Assembly (NCBI GenBank): GCA_963555825.3
Contig: CAUVXB020000001.1
Coordinates: 416,001 to 480,000 of the forward strand
Origin: Alphaproteobacteria bacterium
GTDB lineage: Bacteria > Pseudomonadota > Alphaproteobacteria > JAAXGF01
DNA: 64,000 bases
Direction: 5' to 3'
The position numbers and the translations under genes are program-made. The notes under the pieces are model-generated. The model had not been told where the DNA came from. It searched no databases and was given only the letters and a program-made list of their open reading frames with translations. Positions 59,572 to 64,000 of this stretch are shown here, in pieces (position 1 is the first letter of the stretch; each line of letters opens with the position of its first letter).

Positions 59572-61098
59572 ATGGCGGCAACGAACGATTTCCAGATCAT
59601 TCGCGGCGGGCGGCTGCTCGACGTCGAAGCCCGGACGGCGGCGCCGGCGGATATCCTGGTCGAAGGCGCGCGCGTCCGCGAGATCGGTGCCGCGGGGCTC
59701 GCGGTGCCCGAGGGCGCGCGCGCGGTCGATGCCGAGGGGCGTCTGCTCATTGCCGGCCTGGTCAATGCCCACACGCACGGACACGGCGCCCTGGCCAAGG
59801 GCGTCGGCGATCGCTGGTCGCTCGAGCTGCTGCTCAACGCCGGGCCGTGGATCAGCGGCAACCGCTCGCTCGACGACAAATTCCTGTCGGCCCAGTTGAA
59901 CGCCGCCGAGATGCTGCGCAAGGGCTGCACCGCGGCTTACGATCTCTATCTCGAGATCCCGCTGCCGACCGCCGATGGCATGGCGGCGGTCGGCCGCGCC
60001 TATGCCGACGTCGGCATCCGCGCGGTGATCGCGCCGATGATGGCCGACCGGTTGTTCTACGCGGCGATCCCGGGCCTCATTGACGCGCTGCCCGACGATC
60101 TGCGCGCCCGGGTCGAGACGGTCAGCGCGGCGCCCTACGCCGAGAGCGTCGCCGCGGCGCGCGAGATCCTGCACGGCTGGTCGCTCGACCGGGGCCAAGT
60201 CAAGCCGGCGCTGGCGCCGACCATTCCGCTGCATTGCTCGGACGATTTCATCGTCGCCTGCCGCGACCTGGCCGACGAGTACGGCGTCGGCCTGCACATG
60301 CACCTCGGCGAATCCCGCACCCAGGCGGTCTCGGGCATGCGCCGCTACGGCAAGACGCTGACCGCGCATCTCGATGCACTCGGCTTCCTGGCGCCCAATT
60401 TCACCGGCGCGCATTGCGTCTGGCTCGACGACGACGACATCGCGCGCATGGCCGACGCGGGCGCCTCGGTGGCGCATAACCCGGGCAGCAACTTGCGGCT
60501 CGGCTCGGGTATCGCGCCGGCTGGCGCCATGCGACGGCGCGGCGTCAACGTCGGTGTCGGCACCGACGGCTCGAACTGCTCGGACAATCAGAACATGTTC
60601 GAGGCGATGCGCATCGCCTCGTTCGCCTCGCGCGTCGTGACGCCCGATACGGACGGCTGGCTGGCGACCGGCGAGGTCGTGCGGATGGCGACCGAGGGCA
60701 GCGCGCAAGCGCTCGGCTGGGCCGGCGAGATCGGCCGTATCGCGCCGGGCTACCTCGCCGATATCGTGTTCCTCGACCTCGCCAACATCAACTACGTGCC
60801 GCTCAACGACGCGACCAATCAGATCGTCCATTGCGAGGATTCGAGCGCCGTCGAGAGCGTCATGGTCGGCGGCCGCATGGTGCTCGATGCCGGCCGCTTC
60901 ACGAGCTTCGACTACGACAAGCTGAGGCGCGACGCCGAGGCCGCCTGCGAGCGTCTGCGTGGCGCCAACGCCAGCGCCCGCGAGCTTGCCGAGAAGCTCG
61001 AACGACACGTCGGGCGCTTTTGCGTCGGCCTGGCGCGCGAGCCCTATCACATTCACCACCTGGGTGGTCATGCCGACGGCTGGGGTGGTCATGGCTGA
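59572..61098 (+). CDS. Amidohydrolase family protein (TRZ/ATZ-like)
   Basis: GLVNAHTH, MHLGES, AHNPGSNLRLGSG, GTDG. Confidence 0.9.
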   Translation: MAATNDFQIIRGGRLLDVEARTAAPADILVEGARVREIGAAGLAVPEGARAVDAEGRLLIAGLVNAHTHGHGALAKGVGDRWSLELLLNAGPWISGNRSLDDKFLSAQLNAAEMLRKGCTAAYDLYLEIPLPTADGMAAVGRAYADVGIRAVIAPMMADRLFYAAIPGLIDALPDDLRARVETVSAAPYAESVAAAREILHGWSLDRGQVKPALAPTIPLHCSDDFIVACRDLADEYGVGLHMHLGESRTQAVSGMRRYGKTLTAHLDALGFLAPNFTGAHCVWLDDDDIARMADAGASVAHNPGSNLRLGSGIAPAGAMRRRGVNVGVGTDGSNCSDNQNMFEAMRIASFASRVVTPDTDGWLATGEVVRMATEGSAQALGWAGEIGRIAPGYLADIVFLDLANINYVPLNDATNQIVHCEDSSAVESVMVGGRMVLDAGRFTSFDYDKLRRDAEAACERLRGANASARELAEKLERHVGRFCVGLAREPYHIHHLGGHADGWGGHG

Positions 61099-61813
61099 CG
61101 ATACGGTGACGCTGACCATCGACGCGGTCGCCACCGACTACCCGGCATTCCGCGTTGGCTTCGCGGTCGTCCGCGGCATGCGGATGGATGGCGGCGCCTG
61201 CCCGGCGATCGACGCGCTGGTCGCCGAGGCCGAGGCGCTGACCGCCGAGCGTCTGGCGGCGCACGACATCGCCGCGCTTGATGAAATCGCCGACTGGCGC
61301 GCCGCCTACCGCTCGTTCGGCATCAAGAAGACCAGTTACCGCAACGCGTGCGAGGCGCTGTTGCGCCGGCTGCGCGGCGGCGCGGGTCTGCCGCGCGTGC
61401 TGCCGCTTGTCGACCTCTACAACGCGCTGTCGGTCAAGTACCTGATCCCGGTCGGCGCCGACGACGTCGCGTTGCTCGCGCCGCCGCTCGCGTTTCGCTA
61501 CGCGCAGCCCGGCGACAGTTTCCACGACCTCGCCGGCGACCACGAGATCGACGACCCGCCCAAGCCGGGCGAGGTGGTGCTGGCCGACGCGGCACACGTG
61601 CTGTGCCGGCGCTGGAACTGGCGTCAGGACGCGCGCAGCCGGATCCGCCCCGAGACGCGCGCCGCGACCCTGGTGCTGCAGACGCTCGCGCCCGACGGCG
61701 CGGCCAGGCTCGCGGCCGCCGCCGAGGAACTCGCGGCCTGCGCCGCCGCCGACCTCGGCGCCGCGTGCCGCTGGGCGATCGCCAGCGCCGAAGCGCCACG
61801 GGTCGAGGTGTGA
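61091..61813 (+). CDS. B3/B4 (PheT-like editing) domain protein
   Basis: WRAAYRSFG...EALLRR..LP.VLPLVDLYNALS...CRRWNWRQ. Confidence 0.85.
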   Translation: MADDTVTLTIDAVATDYPAFRVGFAVVRGMRMDGGACPAIDALVAEAEALTAERLAAHDIAALDEIADWRAAYRSFGIKKTSYRNACEALLRRLRGGAGLPRVLPLVDLYNALSVKYLIPVGADDVALLAPPLAFRYAQPGDSFHDLAGDHEIDDPPKPGEVVLADAAHVLCRRWNWRQDARSRIRPETRAATLVLQTLAPDGAARLAAAAEELAACAAADLGAACRWAIASAEAPRVEV

Positions 61814-61835
61814 ACCGGAGTATGGGAGGCAAGGC

Positions 61836-62259
61836 ATGGAACAACGCCTGAGCATCATCACGCTGGGCGTCGCCGACGTGGCGCGGGCGCGCGGCTTCTA
61901 CGAGGCGCTCGGCTGGACCGCGTCGCGCGCGAGCAGACGAGATCGTCTTCTTCCAGCTCGCCGGCATGGCGCTCGCGCTCTATGCCGGCGACGACTTGGC
62001 CGAGGACGCCCGCGTCTCGTCCGGGGGCGCCGGTTCGGCGCGCATCACCCTGGCCCATAACGCGCATGACCGCGCCGAGGTCGATGCCCTGCTGGCCGCG
62101 GCGGAGCGGCCCGGCGCGACCATCGTGAAGCCCGCCGAGGACGTCTTCTGGGGCGGCTATTCGGGTTACTTCTGCGATCCGGACGGCCACGCCTGGGAGA
62201 TCGCCTGGAACCCGCACACGCCGCTCCAGGCCGATGGCGGCTTCGTGCTCGCCGACTAG
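61836..62259 (+). pseudogene. VOC/glyoxalase family protein with a frameshift near 61935
   Basis: MEQRLSIITLGVADV..FYEALGW, then DEIVFFQ...FWGGYSGYFCDPDGHAWEIAWNP in another frame. Confidence 0.85.
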
Positions 62260-62316
62260 ATTCATTCTGCATCCCGCGCCTCGACGCGTCAGCGGGCCAT
62301 ATCGGCGCAATATGTT

Positions 62317-62371
62317 GGGATCAGACTCCATTTAATTTGACGAACACACTTAATGAACAAAGTTGTCTGAC
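62317..62371. repeat. Degenerate REP-like palindrome, copy 3
   Basis: gggatcagactccatttaatt ... gtctgac. Confidence 0.5.
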
Positions 62372-62514
62372 AGGATTCAGTCCACGATCCATTTGGCGCG
62401 GTTAGTGCTGGCGCGCACTTTGTGCTACTATCGGTCGCAAACGTAGCGAGCAATCCGCGGAATTCCGACCATAAGGTATCTGATCGATCGCTCGAATCCG
62501 GGTTAGAGGCAGCC

Positions 62515-63132
62515 ATGGCCACTCGCATCGGCATCCTATTGGTTCACGGCATCGGGGAGCAGCGGCGCTTCGAGCACTTGGAAGGTGAGGCGCGGAATAT
62601 CGCTTCTGCGTTGAAAGACGCCCCGACGTTGACGGCACGGGTCGAGGTCCGTACCAGCCCCACCGCCGCATTCGCGGCCGAACAGCAGACCTGGCAGGCC
62701 GAGGGCGTCGCCCCGGTGATGGTCGAGGTGACCGACGACGATGGCGTCGTGACCGAACTCCACTTTCACGAGGTGTGGTGGGCCGATCTCGACGAGCCAG
62801 CGACCCTATGGGTGCGCATCAAATTCTGGATGTGGGGCCTGTCGATGTGGAGCCTCCGCGGTCACCTGGAGAGTAGCCGGACGGGATACGCCGAAATGCG
62901 GCCGCCCGCCAATATCGACAGAAAGCGGCCGCGGATCCGCCTGTGGTCGCGCGTTCGACTGTTCGTGGTCGGCATGATCATCCTGCTGATCCTTCTGACA
63001 ATTTCCCTTTTGAACCTTGTTCTTCGCCGCGTTCTCAACCTCAACATCCCAGGGCCTGAAATACTGGTCGACTACATCGGCGACGTGAAACTGTTCCAGC
63101 AGAAAAGCCGGAGCGGGAAGGGCCCCCTGGCC
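62515..63132 (+). pseudogene. Membrane-associated hypothetical protein (VHGIGEQ, alpha/beta-hydrolase-like start), apparently truncated by an IS end
   Basis: LLVHGIGEQ, EVWWAD, TM segment, DYIGDV; abrupt change at GTAAGCGTTC (63133). Confidence 0.6.
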
Positions 63133-64000
63133 GTAAGCGTTCGTTCAGGCCGTGGAATCAGCGCGGGCGTTTCCATTCGCCCCGGCCGATTTTAGCGATT
63201 GAGGGTGCGTTTCCAATCCCGTCGCAGGGGCCGGAGCCAGACATCCTTTTTAGGCTTGTCGGACTGCCTGTCCCGGTCGTAGCGCCCGCGCCCCTGGGTG
63301 GTCCCGACGCGGGTCCAGCCGGAGGCCCTGTAAACGGCGCCGGTGTAGCGCGGGGTCTCGACGAAGGTCTCGATGAGCACGGGCGTGGTGTTGTAGCGCT
63401 CGGTCCAGTCATCGGGCAGGCGCCGGCGGATGATGGCCAGGATGTGCGAACCCAGGTTGGGGATATTGATCCAGGGCAGGATCAGGAATCTCGGGTTGTC
63501 GACCACGAAGGGAAGGTTCTTCTCGCGCTTCTGCCGTGTCCATCCGATGAAGTTGTCGCGCGGGGCGAGCTTCCACGCGGCGGTGGAGAAGCCGAGCATG
63601 GCGAGCGGCCAGCCGTCGCGGTCGTGGACGGCGTAGCGCATCTGGGCGCCGACCAGGGTCTTGTATCCGAGATAGTGGTAGCGGGCGACGAACTCGTTCC
63701 AGAGCTTGCTCTCCCGGGTGCCGCGCACGACGGGGCGCAGGTCGAGCGGACGGACCTCGTCGAGGGTCGTCGGGGCCGGGAACAGCGGCGCTTCGGTGTC
63801 CGGCCCGAAGACGATCGGCCCGGGCCGGTTCTGCCGTCCCTGCGGCGCCGGCAGGGCGATCAGGCCGTCCCTGTGCATGGCCAGCATGGCGACCCTGGCC
63901 ATCATGTCCTTGAGGCCGCCGTCGGGCTTGAACCAGCCGATGCGCCGGCAGAACTCCTTCGACAGCATATGGCGGTTCAACGGCGGCGGCCCGGCGATCA
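63133..64000 (-). mobile_element. Probable IS66-like element end carrying a DUF4338 gene (partial)
   Basis: GTAAGCG terminus resembles IS66-family IRs; the other end lies outside the window. Confidence 0.5.
63192..64000 (-). CDS. DUF4338 (DruA-like) protein, 5' part outside the window
   Basis: YHYLGY..GAQMRY, RDNFIGW, NPRFLILPW..NLGS, ETFVE..GAVYRASGW..G.TQGRG. Confidence 0.85.
   Translation of the reverse strand, partial: IAGPPPLNRHMLSKEFCRRIGWFKPDGGLKDMMARVAMLAMHRDGLIALPAPQGRQNRPGPIVFGPDTEAPLFPAPTTLDEVRPLDLRPVVRGTRESKLWNEFVARYHYLGYKTLVGAQMRYAVHDRDGWPLAMLGFSTAAWKLAPRDNFIGWTRQKREKNLPFVVDNPRFLILPWINIPNLGSHILAIIRRRLPDDWTERYNTTPVLIETFVETPRYTGAVYRASGWTRVGTTQGRGRYDRDRQSDKPKKDVWLRPLRRDWKRTLNR

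Noticed and set aside
59452-61134. 951-aa minus-strand ORF and other long antisense or overlapping ORFs (e.g. 47526 and 44752 extensions, 24603..26330, 38769..40538)
   Set aside because: They are shadow frames typical of high-GC DNA that overlap well-supported genes; true starts are internal.
63192-64000. Druantia defence system
   Set aside because: Only DUF4338 is visible and no dru genes follow it; the context looks like an IS.

Overview
GC-rich chromosomal window, probably from an Alphaproteobacterium (Rhodospirillales-like gene content; this is an inference). It holds mostly metabolic and envelope genes: a DEAD-box helicase, a secreted caspase-like rod protein, orphan ectC, mlaC/mlaA, doeB/eutE with three M24 hydrolases, msrA, gloA, oxygenases, a class GN sortase with its VIT-vWA target, ggt, amidohydrolases and tRNA-Arg(ACG) followed by a low-GC islet. 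It is heavily invaded by insertion sequences: IS1380, ISKra4, two copies of a 1420-bp IS3-like element, another IS3, IS256 and a probable IS66-like end. Six of these seven interrupt genes, and several other genes carry nonsense, frameshift or start-codon lesions, suggesting genome erosion. Most interesting observations: (1) a stand-alone three-gene MotA/ExbB-like module with a non-canonical Asp-TM partner; (2) a ~130-155 nt multi-hairpin intergenic element in two copies with compensatory base changes; (3) an IS3-like element with 13-14 bp target duplications; (4) an exported caspase-fold protein with Cys->Thr on a very long charged helix; (5) a candidate sRNA, a TA-flanked MITE and REP-like palindromes. 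All family assignments come from recognising motifs by eye; no searches were run.
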